DNA of 64,000 nt, taken from assembly GCA_019056785.1 (NCBI GenBank), contig DXJV01000084.1, positions 96,001-160,000 of the forward strand, written 5' to 3'. Below are positions 39,536-50,002 of this stretch, in pieces. The notes beneath the pieces were generated by a model. The model ran no database searches. It saw only the letters and a list, made by a program, of their open reading frames with translations, and was not told the DNA's origin. Each line of letters begins with the position of its first letter. Position 1 is the stretch's first letter. Source of the stretch: Candidatus Heimdallarchaeota archaeon. GTDB taxonomy: Archaea; Asgardarchaeota; Heimdallarchaeia; JABLTI01. A program made the position numbers and the translations under genes.

Positions 39536-40447
39536 TTATAACTCATCTTCTCCTTCTAATTGCCTTTCACCGCTGCGTTTGAGCCATAGTTTATAACCAA
39601 GACCCGTTTTTGTTGTGGCTAAACCACCTTCTGATGTTTCTTTTATTTCGCAAGGCATCATTCGACCGATTTCATCCATTGCAGTCACAACATCATCAAA
39701 AGGGATGACACTTTGAACGCCAGCAAGGGACATGTCAGCAGCAACAGTTGCAGAAACAGCCAGTAGCCCATTTCGTTTTATGCAAGGGACCTCAACTAAG
39801 CCTGCAACTGGGTCACATGCTAAACCCAAAGTATTCTTTAAAACAAGAGCAGCAGCATTTACTGCTTGTTCTGCCGTTCCACCTGCAATTTCTACTGCTG
39901 CGGCAGCAGCCATCGCAGCAGAAACACCTATCTCAGCCTGACAGCCATGTTCTGAACCACTAGTTGATGCTCGTGCATCACAAACTAAGCCAATTAAAGA
40001 CGAAGCAAACAAACCTTTAATGATCATCTCTTCAGAAGCATTCAACTTTTCAGCAACGGTATAAACGACAGCCGGAACAACTCCAGCCGAGCCAGCTGTG
40101 GGAGCAGCAACTATGACACCCATTGATGAATTAAATTCTCCTATGCCAATAGCTCTTGCAGCAATCTTTAGAACAGAAGCACTCGAGAGTTTTTTTGTTT
40201 TCTTGGAAAGATAAGTCATCAGTTTATTTGCATTTCCTCCGCTCATGCCACTGGGGGATTCTTTAGTAATCTTAACACCTTGTTTGATGGAGTTAACCAT
40301 GTAACTCCAAATTTTCTTCATGCCATTTAAAATTTCTTTTCGACTAACGCCCTGGATTTCAACTTCGTGTTCAATCATTATTTCGCCTAAACTCTTATTC
40401 TCATCTTTAGCTTTTTTCAGAAATGGTAAAACACTATCTATTGTCAT
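39536..40447 (-). CDS. sdaAA: L-serine dehydratase, Fe-S-dependent, alpha subunit
   Basis: IVAAPTAGSAGVVP, GCQAEIG, LGLACDPVAGLVEVPCIKRN, ETSEGGLA. Confidence 0.93.
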   Translation of the reverse strand: MTIDSVLPFLKKAKDENKSLGEIMIEHEVEIQGVSRKEILNGMKKIWSYMVNSIKQGVKITKESPSGMSGGNANKLMTYLSKKTKKLSSASVLKIAARAIGIGEFNSSMGVIVAAPTAGSAGVVPAVVYTVAEKLNASEEMIIKGLFASSLIGLVCDARASTSGSEHGCQAEIGVSAAMAAAAAVEIAGGTAEQAVNAAALVLKNTLGLACDPVAGLVEVPCIKRNGLLAVSATVAADMSLAGVQSVIPFDDVVTAMDEIGRMMPCEIKETSEGGLATTKTGLGYKLWLKRSGERQLEGEDEL

Positions 40448-41142
40448 TAGAATATCTCCTCTCCTTCTGTTAATCTAGGTAAGATGCGGACCATTTTCAT
40501 CCCTTCGATGTTGTCCAAACTCGTCTTCAATTCTGCTGGTGGTGAAAGTGAAATTTCTACTGTTGTTAAAGCATCACCTTCTCTTGGGAGGTCTTTACTT
40601 TGTAAGGATAGAATATTAATCTCGAATTGGGAAATTACATGAGTAATCTTTGAAAGTGTGCCCATAAGGTCCTGATGGCGCAGAATGATAGTTACGTTTT
40701 TTCCAGTAATTTCGATCTTATAGCCCAGCACTTCTCGGATAACAATATCGCCTCCGCCAACCGATTCTGCAATTAAATTGACCGGATTCTTTTCATCAAT
40801 TATTTCGATCTTAATGCTATTCGGATGATAATTATGACCAAGGTCGATTTTCTTAAGAATAACATCCATTTTTGCCTTTTTAGCATACTTATAAGCCTCT
40901 TTTATACGTTTATCAAATGTTTTAAAACCAAGCAAGCCACCAATAACAGCTTTGTCCGAACCATGACCACGCCATGTTTCTGCAAACGAGCCATGGAAAT
41001 AGACAAACACTTTTTGCGGGTCTGCTCCAAACAATAACCTTGCAGCTCGGCCTATTCGGACCGCCCCTGCAGTATGAGAACTCGATGGACCCGTCATTAT
41101 TGGCCCTAGTATCCTAAATGCGCTTTCATCTGTCATTCGCAA
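40447..41142 (-). CDS. sdaAB: L-serine dehydratase beta subunit (with ACT domain)
   Basis: GPIMTGPSSSHTAGAVRIG, GSFAETWRGHGSD, HPNS, SVGGG. Confidence 0.93.
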   Translation of the reverse strand: MRMTDESAFRILGPIMTGPSSSHTAGAVRIGRAARLLFGADPQKVFVYFHGSFAETWRGHGSDKAVIGGLLGFKTFDKRIKEAYKYAKKAKMDVILKKIDLGHNYHPNSIKIEIIDEKNPVNLIAESVGGGDIVIREVLGYKIEITGKNVTIILRHQDLMGTLSKITHVISQFEINILSLQSKDLPREGDALTTVEISLSPPAELKTSLDNIEGMKMVRILPRLTEGEEIF

Positions 41143-41210
41143 ATACCACCACTGTAATTAATGCGTTCTAACTATTTAGTAGTACTGTTTTTTCTCATTT
41201 AATCAATAAC

Positions 41211-42545
41211 TTATTCTTCACTGGAAACCATTGCCTTGGAAATGCGAATCATTGGTGCTATCGACCCTGCTTCATTTAAGAGCTCTTTGCCAACAGCATC
41301 AACATTTTTTAAGAGGGAAAAAACATTCGTACCGACCATCGTCTCCTTTAGGGGATGAGTTATTTCACCCTTTTCTATCAGAAATCCTTGGTCCACAAGA
41401 ATAGATATATTGGGTGAGCCTGTCGTCGGCTCAAGAGAGGTATCTTTTAGATAGATGCCTTTTTTCGTTTCTCGGATAAGTTCTTCACTTGACCAATCGC
41501 CGGCCTTTATTTGCAATTGATTGAGGTCAGGATAAGGTATTCCCCCCAAACTGCTTTTGGTTGCATGGGCAGTATTTGGGATATTAAGTGCATTTGCAGT
41601 ATAGGAATTTGAGAAGTAAGCAATAGCAATCCCCTTTTTTATTAATGTTATTTTTTGGTGGGGAACCCCTTCATCATCAAAAATAGCAGAAGCTGAACCT
41701 CCTGGATATAGCGGATTGTCATGAACAGTTATTTGTTCATGTGTAATTTTTTGTCCTAATCGATCTATAAAAAACGCTGTCTTAAGAAGAACTTCATAAG
41801 CATTTAAACCTGTACCAAAGATTGTTAAAAAAGTGTCTTGAGTGCTTCGCTGATCGAGTATCACCGTCATTTCTTCGGACTTGACTTTTTTAGCGCCTAA
41901 TAGAGAGACTGCGTTTTTTGCCGCATTTGAACCAATTTCGGCAGGATTAAATGTCGCGGCTTCTCGTATTCTTTGGTAATCCCATGAAGTGGCAATATCA
42001 CCTGAGCGTTCAGCTTTAGCATAAATGACACCAGCAAGGGCAGTTGCTTTTTGGTTTACCTCTAAACCTAGGCTATTATAGATACTTTCCTCAACAACTT
42101 CACGTTCAAAGGTCCCACTAATTATCACATTATGCTTTTCAAGTCCTGCATCAATCGCTTCAATTGCGAGGTCTGTCAAGTGCCCATCAGGAAAATTAGT
42201 TATTGTTTTGTCATATAAACCGTTAACTTTCGGATAGACTGTAAATGGATCGGGAAGAGATTTAAACAATTCATCTGGAGGAGCAATCTTACTTAGTTTC
42301 ACAGCTTTTTTTGTAAGTTCCTTTAAAGAGCGCTCTGTGAGAAGAGTTGTGGTTGCAATTCCCAACCCCTTTTTTGTATAAGCTCGGATGCCCATACCAG
42401 AAATTGATTTGTTTTCTGAAGCGTTTATTGCACTTTTTTCTATTTGGACAGTCTCAGAATTTCCATGAAGAATAAAAAACTCCAGCTGATCAGCCCCTCT
42501 TTTCAGTCCAAAGTTAATGGCCTCATGTATTTGTCTCGAATCCAT
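41211..42545 (-). CDS. pmbA: TldE/PmbA family protein
   Basis: GMGIRAY, FDDEGVP, GFLIEKGEI.HP; no HE motif; start moved to MDSRQ, 2 bp after the TldD stop. Confidence 0.85.
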   Translation of the reverse strand: MDSRQIHEAINFGLKRGADQLEFFILHGNSETVQIEKSAINASENKSISGMGIRAYTKKGLGIATTTLLTERSLKELTKKAVKLSKIAPPDELFKSLPDPFTVYPKVNGLYDKTITNFPDGHLTDLAIEAIDAGLEKHNVIISGTFEREVVEESIYNSLGLEVNQKATALAGVIYAKAERSGDIATSWDYQRIREAATFNPAEIGSNAAKNAVSLLGAKKVKSEEMTVILDQRSTQDTFLTIFGTGLNAYEVLLKTAFFIDRLGQKITHEQITVHDNPLYPGGSASAIFDDEGVPHQKITLIKKGIAIAYFSNSYTANALNIPNTAHATKSSLGGIPYPDLNQLQIKAGDWSSEELIRETKKGIYLKDTSLEPTTGSPNISILVDQGFLIEKGEITHPLKETMVGTNVFSLLKNVDAVGKELLNEAGSIAPMIRISKAMVSSEE

Positions 42546-42547
42546 TG

Positions 42548-43939
42548 TTATTGCCCTCCAACTATAAGATCTCTCACTGCAAGCGATGGCCCACCAGCAT
42601 GAATTGGGACCCATTGTGATTGCTTTCCACAACTTCCCGGAAAGGCATATGCTAAATCATTTCCCACACCGATAGTCTTTTGTAAAACTTCCAAGCAATG
42701 CCCCGTCAAGCTTACGTTTTGAATCGGTGCCAACAATTCTCCTTTTCTAACGAGATAGCCACCCTGCGCTGAAAAGTAAAATTCACCTTTTGCTGTATCA
42801 ACATACCCCCCATAAGAGTATTGAAGATAAAGGCCATCCTTAATGCGCTCTAGCAATTCCTCAAAGGAAAGGTCACCTGTTCCCAAGTAGGTATTCCCCA
42901 TTCGGACAATAGGTCGGTAATTAAAACTCATAGCACGTCCTGCACCATTTGGTGGAACATTCATTTTCGCTGCAGTTTCCAACGAATGAAGATAACCAAC
43001 TAAAACACCATTTTTAATTAATTCCCTCTTTGTTGTTGGGGTTCCCTCTGAGTCGAAATGATAACTACCTCGTAAGCCAGAAATAGTAGGGTCATCATAA
43101 AGATTGATACTCTTGGTGCCAATTTGCTGTCCCAGCTTTCCCTCAAATAAGGAATCATGAGCTAAAACAGCATCAGCTTCTTCAAAATGGCCAATCATTT
43201 CATGAACAAATACTCCTACTAATGATTGATCCATAACGACATTCATTCTTCCACTAGGAGGTTTTTGAGCTTTTAGCAATTCTACAGCACGTTTCGCTAA
43301 CTCTTCCCCTTTCTCTGTTGTGTGATACTTTCTTATTTCTTCCCAACCGTTAGTCGTTCCTTTGGCAGTATAAACATTTTGCATGTTATCCCCCTCTCGA
43401 GAGGTGGCCATGCATGAAAGGTTAATATTGCTATACTCATTCGAAACTCTCGTGCCTAAAGAATTAACTACAATCTCAGTTTGAAACCATTCCCGGAATG
43501 TGGCATTTGTTGCAACAATTTTCTCGGAATATTCTCGGGTAACTCGTTCGAAGTTTTCTATAACAGCATATTTTTCTTCTATAGAGATATCGCGAGGATC
43601 CTCACGGAATTTCATTTTATGGGAGCCTTCAAAAACATACTCTTCAGGTATTACCCCCTTCTCTTTCGTTTTCTTTGCCGTGGCGGCCGCAATTTTCATT
43701 GCCATTTCTATTCCTTTCTCGATTTTATGTTCTTTACTCCCAATAACAGAAACAAATCCCCACCCTCCGTTTATTAACGCCCGGATACCCACCCCTTCCT
43801 CAGCTTGAAAGGTTATCTGTTCGGGCCGGCTGTTCTGAATGGTTGTTGCTAATCCCTCTCCTTGCTCCCAACGAACGTCTATAAAGTCACCCCTATTTAA
43901 TCTAACTTTATCAAGCAATTTTTCTAATTTGTCAATCAA
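42548..43939 (-). CDS. tldD: TldD family metalloprotease
   Basis: GVFVHEMIGHFEEAD, FDSEG, PIVRMGNTY, CGKQSQWVP..GGP. Confidence 0.92.
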   Translation of the reverse strand: MIDKLEKLLDKVRLNRGDFIDVRWEQGEGLATTIQNSRPEQITFQAEEGVGIRALINGGWGFVSVIGSKEHKIEKGIEMAMKIAAATAKKTKEKGVIPEEYVFEGSHKMKFREDPRDISIEEKYAVIENFERVTREYSEKIVATNATFREWFQTEIVVNSLGTRVSNEYSNINLSCMATSREGDNMQNVYTAKGTTNGWEEIRKYHTTEKGEELAKRAVELLKAQKPPSGRMNVVMDQSLVGVFVHEMIGHFEEADAVLAHDSLFEGKLGQQIGTKSINLYDDPTISGLRGSYHFDSEGTPTTKRELIKNGVLVGYLHSLETAAKMNVPPNGAGRAMSFNYRPIVRMGNTYLGTGDLSFEELLERIKDGLYLQYSYGGYVDTAKGEFYFSAQGGYLVRKGELLAPIQNVSLTGHCLEVLQKTIGVGNDLAYAFPGSCGKQSQWVPIHAGGPSLAVRDLIVGGQ

Positions 43940-44128
43940 CGTTTTTCCCAGACTGATTTTCTACTCTTCCTTTCCCCCTTCTTTTTTCTAAAGGTTTCTA
44001 TTCCTCCCGGGTGGTTTTTTCCACTTCAAGAAAACTTGAACTAACGGTTCAAATTTCCTTAAAATAAATATTTAAATAGTTAGATGATTATCTAATAAAA
44101 CAGATTTAATCGTGAGATTAAGCGAAAA

Positions 44129-47100
44129 ATGGTGATAAAAAATATGTTGAAGAATAAATTAGTCAAAAAGTCACTAATGTTATCCTTCGCAGTGTTAATG
44201 ATCATGAGCAGCTATGTCATGATCGATTCTAAAGCAGACACAGTCCCACCACAGCAAGGCATCCAACTTAAAGATGCGACATATAGTTCTTTATTCTATG
44301 CTGAAAGTGTGGAAATCTTCCCCTTTAGAAGCACTGCAGCAGGAGTCCATGCAGGATTTATAGGTGGCTCAGTAACGTTGCCTTTTGACTTGACAACAGC
44401 AGAATATAATAACTTGTTAGCGTTTTCACTTGTGTTGTCAAACCAACATACCTGGAGAAACTATGCCCCGCGTAGATTCTGGGATGTAGCAGATGGAGCC
44501 TTTTTAATGCTCGTCTTTCGAGGCGACCCGGATCTTGCATTGGACCGTGCAAGAGAAATCAAGGATATGGTTGGTGAAGCCTATGGCTTTAATATGTACC
44601 TCGTTTTTGGCCACTATGAAAATACCAGGCAAATAACTATGCTTGTCTATCAAGGATGGCCTGACCCCCAAACTTTTGAAGACTTTACCGGATTGTTCCC
44701 AAGCTATGTAGAAAATGATGGGCTTGGAAAAGGTGTTACAGTCAGCACTTTACTGAATGCACCATTGAAGGCGATGTCAATTTCCCTTTATAGAGGCCCC
44801 ATCTTCCGAATGATGTTGCCCGAGGACTTCAGAAAACTCTTCCCAACAATTGGTCAAACACCCAATTTCATGCCCTTGGTTGAATGTGCCTGGATTAATC
44901 CCGTAGGATTACAAAAGACAGGCTCAATAATGGAAATGAATTTAACGCGACTAATGCCTGGATTAGGAGGAATTGTTGCACCTTCGGCGCAAGCTAAAGC
45001 CTCTTTTGTCGGAATGAAACTCCCCTATGTTGTTGATGTTCTTGAAATCGACCCCCCAACCGATAACATGTATGCTCACTTGAAAGGTGAGTTTGAATGG
45101 ACACTAAAATTGGACCTTGGCTTCTTTAACTACGAACGCCTTTTAGACGATATTTACGTAAAATATGACTTGAATATCACCGGATTAAAGTATTACCCAC
45201 AAGTTATCGGTGAAATGACTTTGAACCCAAGTTCGAGCTTGATGGGCGGTGGAGACATAATCTATGACTTTACCTTTACTAATGTTGGCAACGAAGCTGC
45301 ATATAATATCACTATGGGCTATGGCGAATTTAATAAAGCAGATATCGATGGATTCGTCCTCCCTGTGAACAACCCTGAATTAACTTTCGTTCCGCACCAA
45401 ATTATGTACTATGATAACAACACCGGGCTCTTCACAAGCACATTCATGTCCGGGCCTGGCATAGGAACATTGGAAGGCTGGTTCTTCAATACTACCGCCG
45501 GGGATTGGCATTTGAACAATCAGTATTTAAGCGATGATGAAATGGAACACATTATAGACAAAGTCTATTTGAATGAGACCTTTTTAGACATCGATCCGAT
45601 GGATTTCACCTTTACTGACAAGACAAATGAATCATATACCTTAACGGCTTTGATCCCACAACTAGACCCGAATGACACAATAACACTTAGCTTCGCTGTG
45701 AGAAACTTACCCACAGGAACATTAACACTTTACGATGCTGTAGCAGTAAATGCAACATATTACCAGATCTTAGTTAATCAAACAGTCGATTGGGGCACCT
45801 TTATGATAACCTTATTGCAAGGTGCAGGATCAACACTCCATCTCCCCGAGGATCAAGTAACTTGGAGCCATTGGTTCCCAGACCCGGTCATCGGTTCAGG
45901 TTTCTTATATAAAGACCAATTCGGAGTGGAGTTCTTCGGACTTACCAACGGGTTAGTCATCCAGTTTTATGATGATGAAGCCATACTTGTTGGACAAGTG
46001 TCTTTGGACAAAGATGTCTACCGCTTCGGTGAAGATGTTAACTTTACCTTAAAACTGACAAACATTGGTGATGCAAATGCCACTAACATAAACTATTCCT
46101 TCTGCCATGCCTTCCTCACTGAGGACTTTAATATACCTGTTATTAAAAAAGTGCCAGATAGTGATGGCGTTATTGATTTAATCAAACCAGGAGAAAGTAA
46201 AACAGTTTCCTACAGTTATCCTGCGGAAACAGATGTCGGCTTACATCCAGTTTTTGCTATTTTCAACTATACAAGCGATGAGACAACCGATCCCGATTTT
46301 CCAGCGATTTTCAGCAGCGTTAATCACCCAGCAGTTTTCAGCAACATAGATTTTGCAATGGTGCTTCCACCTCCCCATAAGGAAGGAACAACCGAACCCG
46401 TCTATCCCACACCGGAAGTAAATGTTACAACGGAGATACTTGGCTATACACCCAATGTGACTACTGTTGGAGACATGATTACTTTACGAACAACTATTAC
46501 CAACATTGGTGATGAAGATACGAATATTATCTATCGCCAGTACTTACCAAGACGGCTCCATTATGTCGACGATTCATTGAAGATCACAATCGATGGTACC
46601 CCTGTCACTCAATTTGAAGTGATCTATCAAGCCTATCAACCCAATGTAGAAGAATCGGGATATAATCCATTCATGCCCTCAGTAACCATTTATGGGGGAA
46701 CCATAGATGGAACACTCTATGGCATACCATTAGGCGTTGGAGAAACACTCGTCATCCAAGCAAACTTCACAATAGGCGCTGGGAAAGGAATTGAACAAGT
46801 CGATTGGAATACTCTCTCTGGTGAGGACCTCGTTGGCTTATACATTCCTCCGGCTGAAGTTCGCTACTTTAGCAGATATCAAATCCAAGAGACTCGTGAT
46901 CTCAATGATGATACCGAAGTGCCTGTGGAGGAGGAATCTGTTGAAACCGCATCATTCCTAACAACAATTCATGGTACCACTATAAACAGCGAACCAGGAA
47001 TCGACAACGAATGGGCTTCCACAAACTCTTGGGGCTCATATTCAGATAGCCTCTCACTCTTTATAGAAGAACTTTCAGGCCTGGGTATAAATGCCATTTA

Positions 47101-47179
47101 CTATGGTGCTGGAATTATTCTGGTGACCGGTGTTGCAATATTGATTTACTTCAAAGCAGCAAACGGTAAAAAAAGATAA
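44129..47179 (+). CDS. large cell-surface glycoprotein with Ig-like (CARDB/DUF11-like) domains
   Basis: Signal peptide; repeated TNxG motifs (TNVGNEAA, TNIGDANA, TNIGDEDT); many N-x-S/T sequons; C-terminal TM followed by KKR. Confidence 0.7.
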   Translation: MVIKNMLKNKLVKKSLMLSFAVLMIMSSYVMIDSKADTVPPQQGIQLKDATYSSLFYAESVEIFPFRSTAAGVHAGFIGGSVTLPFDLTTAEYNNLLAFSLVLSNQHTWRNYAPRRFWDVADGAFLMLVFRGDPDLALDRAREIKDMVGEAYGFNMYLVFGHYENTRQITMLVYQGWPDPQTFEDFTGLFPSYVENDGLGKGVTVSTLLNAPLKAMSISLYRGPIFRMMLPEDFRKLFPTIGQTPNFMPLVECAWINPVGLQKTGSIMEMNLTRLMPGLGGIVAPSAQAKASFVGMKLPYVVDVLEIDPPTDNMYAHLKGEFEWTLKLDLGFFNYERLLDDIYVKYDLNITGLKYYPQVIGEMTLNPSSSLMGGGDIIYDFTFTNVGNEAAYNITMGYGEFNKADIDGFVLPVNNPELTFVPHQIMYYDNNTGLFTSTFMSGPGIGTLEGWFFNTTAGDWHLNNQYLSDDEMEHIIDKVYLNETFLDIDPMDFTFTDKTNESYTLTALIPQLDPNDTITLSFAVRNLPTGTLTLYDAVAVNATYYQILVNQTVDWGTFMITLLQGAGSTLHLPEDQVTWSHWFPDPVIGSGFLYKDQFGVEFFGLTNGLVIQFYDDEAILVGQVSLDKDVYRFGEDVNFTLKLTNIGDANATNINYSFCHAFLTEDFNIPVIKKVPDSDGVIDLIKPGESKTVSYSYPAETDVGLHPVFAIFNYTSDETTDPDFPAIFSSVNHPAVFSNIDFAMVLPPPHKEGTTEPVYPTPEVNVTTEILGYTPNVTTVGDMITLRTTITNIGDEDTNIIYRQYLPRRLHYVDDSLKITIDGTPVTQFEVIYQAYQPNVEESGYNPFMPSVTIYGGTIDGTLYGIPLGVGETLVIQANFTIGAGKGIEQVDWNTLSGEDLVGLYIPPAEVRYFSRYQIQETRDLNDDTEVPVEEESVETASFLTTIHGTTINSEPGIDNEWASTNSWGSYSDSLSLFIEELSGLGINAIYYGAGIILVTGVAILIYFKAANGKKR

Positions 47180-47197
47180 CCCCCAAAATCATTCACC

Positions 47198-47230
47198 GAA
47201 AGAGTCTAAGGCTTTTTTTTAGACTCTTTC
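47198..47230 (+). terminator. perfect hairpin downstream of surface-protein gene
   Basis: gaaagagtctaa...ttagactctttc 12-bp stem with T-rich loop and downstream pyrimidine run. Confidence 0.55.
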
Positions 47231-47445
47231 TTCCCCTCTTTTTCTATCTTGGCGTTTTTTCATACGAAAAGAAGTAAAAAATAGTTCTTGTAGGGAAAAA
47301 GCTCTTTTTAATTCAATCCCTGGCTTTTCGATCGAGAAGATTCAAAACACAAAGGAAAAATAGAAGAAAAATCTTTGATGATAAGCATGTTCCTACCGAA
47401 ATAATTTTGATTCAATTTGTTATATTCCTAATGAGGAATTTGAAA

Positions 47446-49386
47446 ATGTCAAAAAAAGAAGTTAGTTCTGATTACCTTCGTGCGCGTGGCTTAAGTGAAG
47501 ATGAGATTATTGTCTATTCTGCTGTTCTTGGCATGGGTAGTGCCACAGTAGGGGAGATTCAGCTTGTCACAAAAATGGAGTTGCCGGAAATTTATATCAA
47601 CCTTCGACAGCTGCAAGAGATTGGTTACATTAAACAAATACCCGGAAAAGTTCCACGATATATTGCTATGGAGCCTTTCCTTAAAGATTATGCTCAACTC
47701 ACAGCAGAAACCAAATTAGGCCTTCTCAATATGAAAGATAATTTCCAATCCCGAATGAATGAATTCGAGACGCGCATAAAAACCATTGTCCCGGGTCTTT
47801 CGGACTTTTGCGACCGAGAAAAGACAACCAAACTTACTGAGGTGCAAAAAAGATTCACTAAACTTGAGGATGGGTTAAAACAAATTATTGATAACAGTTA
47901 TCTCCAATTAAAACATATTGGGACGACATTGGCAACATGGCCTTCTGAAAGTATTGAAATTACCCTTCCTGCCTTTGAAGAAGACCTCGAAAAAAGTAAA
48001 GATAGCTTTGTTTCAGCAATTTCAAAATATGCCGACTCTTTAGTCATTGATTCACGTGACCTTAGAGATAAACTCGAGAAAGCAACAATCCACCATAAAA
48101 TCCTCGTGGCCGAAAGACTTGAGAAATTGAAAGGTGACATTGAAAAGTCCATAAATGAACTTAAAGACAACATTGTCAAACGTAATTTCACCACCGCTAC
48201 AAGTTATAGCGCAAATCTCGATGAAAAAGATGTCCAAGCGCGAGAAGATGCAGCAAAAATCATTAATGATTTGATTCGAAATGTCATCGTCTTGGCACGT
48301 GAGAAAGCGGGTGATATCAGCGCTGAAACAGCTCAAATGATAAACAACGCTTTAAAGCCACTTTTCCGTTCATTTGATTTCCTACAAAATGAAGTTAAGA
48401 CTACCTTAGATAATGTTCTTGAAGAAAATTCGAACGAAGTAGCAAAACTAGTCAGACAAACAAATTCTTTAGTTGTATCGAGTATTCCAGAAGTCCTCGA
48501 GATAATTACTACTCACCTCGAAGAAATGCGGGATGAGTCAGCGAGATTTATCGATCAAAAAATAACTGATCCCTTCAAAGAGTTAGACAAGATGAAAGGG
48601 GACATTTCTCGGGATATTTCCACGTTTAAAACAAACATTCGAAAAGAGGCGCTTAAACAAGATGAAAAAGCAAAAGCCTCAATTACAGATCGTTTGCAGA
48701 AAGCCGAAGAAAAAATTGATTTATCAAAAATAGAAATCCAAGATGCACTCTCATTGGCTCGAATTGACATCGAAGATTTAGTCCAATTATTGATAAAAGG
48801 GGTGATAAATGAAAATTCGGCTAAAATCAGCGAAGTGACTCAGGTGCTCCAAGAAGCTAACATTGTCTTAGAGAATACACTTGGAAACACTATTTACCTT
48901 TTAGACAACACCGGAAAAACATTCGATGGCATTGTCAATATGTCAGAGAAGATTATGCCTATTGATGAAATTGAAGTTGAATTGGTTTACGGACAAAGAA
49001 GTATTGAACGCTTGATGAGAGACATGTTATTACGAACAAAAGAGGAATTAATTTTAGTTACTCCCACAATTATCACCGAGTTTCTCTATGATATCGAGAA
49101 GCAACCACAGCTAGCTAATTTCCAAATTGTGTCTAATATTAAGGAAGAGGACATTGGCTTGCTGACATCACTTGTAAAGCGGGGCAATGTTACTACAATG
49201 AATTATAAAAATGGGAACTACTGGATTGCAATTCGTGACAATGAAGAAATCCTATATGCACCAAAAATCCACAAAGAAAAGAATATTGCTTTTTACACCA
49301 CTAACCCCAAACTATTTAAGATGTTCTTTGACTTAACAAACCAAAATGTCTTCTCAAAAATGAAGGCGCAAAATTTCCAAGCATAA
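47446..49386 (+). CDS. TrmB-like protein: wHTH + long coiled-coil insert + PLD-like C-terminal domain
   Basis: GLSEDEIIVYSAVL..L..L..IGYI..PRY.A.EP; ~450-aa helical region; C-terminal IAIRDNEEIL. Confidence 0.7.
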   Translation: MSKKEVSSDYLRARGLSEDEIIVYSAVLGMGSATVGEIQLVTKMELPEIYINLRQLQEIGYIKQIPGKVPRYIAMEPFLKDYAQLTAETKLGLLNMKDNFQSRMNEFETRIKTIVPGLSDFCDREKTTKLTEVQKRFTKLEDGLKQIIDNSYLQLKHIGTTLATWPSESIEITLPAFEEDLEKSKDSFVSAISKYADSLVIDSRDLRDKLEKATIHHKILVAERLEKLKGDIEKSINELKDNIVKRNFTTATSYSANLDEKDVQAREDAAKIINDLIRNVIVLAREKAGDISAETAQMINNALKPLFRSFDFLQNEVKTTLDNVLEENSNEVAKLVRQTNSLVVSSIPEVLEIITTHLEEMRDESARFIDQKITDPFKELDKMKGDISRDISTFKTNIRKEALKQDEKAKASITDRLQKAEEKIDLSKIEIQDALSLARIDIEDLVQLLIKGVINENSAKISEVTQVLQEANIVLENTLGNTIYLLDNTGKTFDGIVNMSEKIMPIDEIEVELVYGQRSIERLMRDMLLRTKEELILVTPTIITEFLYDIEKQPQLANFQIVSNIKEEDIGLLTSLVKRGNVTTMNYKNGNYWIAIRDNEEILYAPKIHKEKNIAFYTTNPKLFKMFFDLTNQNVFSKMKAQNFQA

Positions 49387-49495
49387 CTAAAAAGAGAAAA
49401 TAGGTGTTATCTATATAACAAAAGTGCTTAAATAGGAGTGTAAAAATGTTATTTAGAACAGAAGCACTAGCTTAGACTGTTGGAGGATTGAATGA

Positions 49496-49837
49496 TTGCC
49501 AAAGAAAAACGACAAACTCCAAGAAACAGCACATGTAATGGCTGAACTCTATGAACTTCGAATTCCAGGCGAATTGATTGGCAAAGAAGTGATAGACGCC
49601 TCTGCAAGGAAGATAGGCATCGTGCGAAATGTGAAATTGACTTTCCCGCCGGCCAAAATTAGTATCATCCTAAAAGGACTAGATATTGAGATCCAACTTC
49701 CCATTGATTCAATTGCCACCATAGGTGGAGTAGTACAACTGAAAGAGACAATTAAACAAGCAGAAGAATTGGAAATCCGAGATGTAGCCCGGTTAAGAGA
49801 TGAAATTGCAAAAGAAATTACAGCTTACTTAAGTTAA
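49496..49837 (+). CDS. PRC-barrel domain protein
   Basis: LIGKEVIDASARKIGIVRNV...LPIDSIATIGGVVQL. Confidence 0.75.
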   Translation: MPKKNDKLQETAHVMAELYELRIPGELIGKEVIDASARKIGIVRNVKLTFPPAKISIILKGLDIEIQLPIDSIATIGGVVQLKETIKQAEELEIRDVARLRDEIAKEITAYLS

Positions 49838-50002
49838 AACTTTTTTTCCATTAGCAATTCTCTTGAAAAAGCCCAAAAAGGATTTTCCTTGAAAAAAACA
49901 TCTAAAAAGGGTTTGGATTATTTATTAGTTATAGATACAAGAAAGTTGTCTTTCAGTAGGTCGGTTATAAGTTTAACTATCCTCATTGAGGAGGTAAAAA
50001 AA

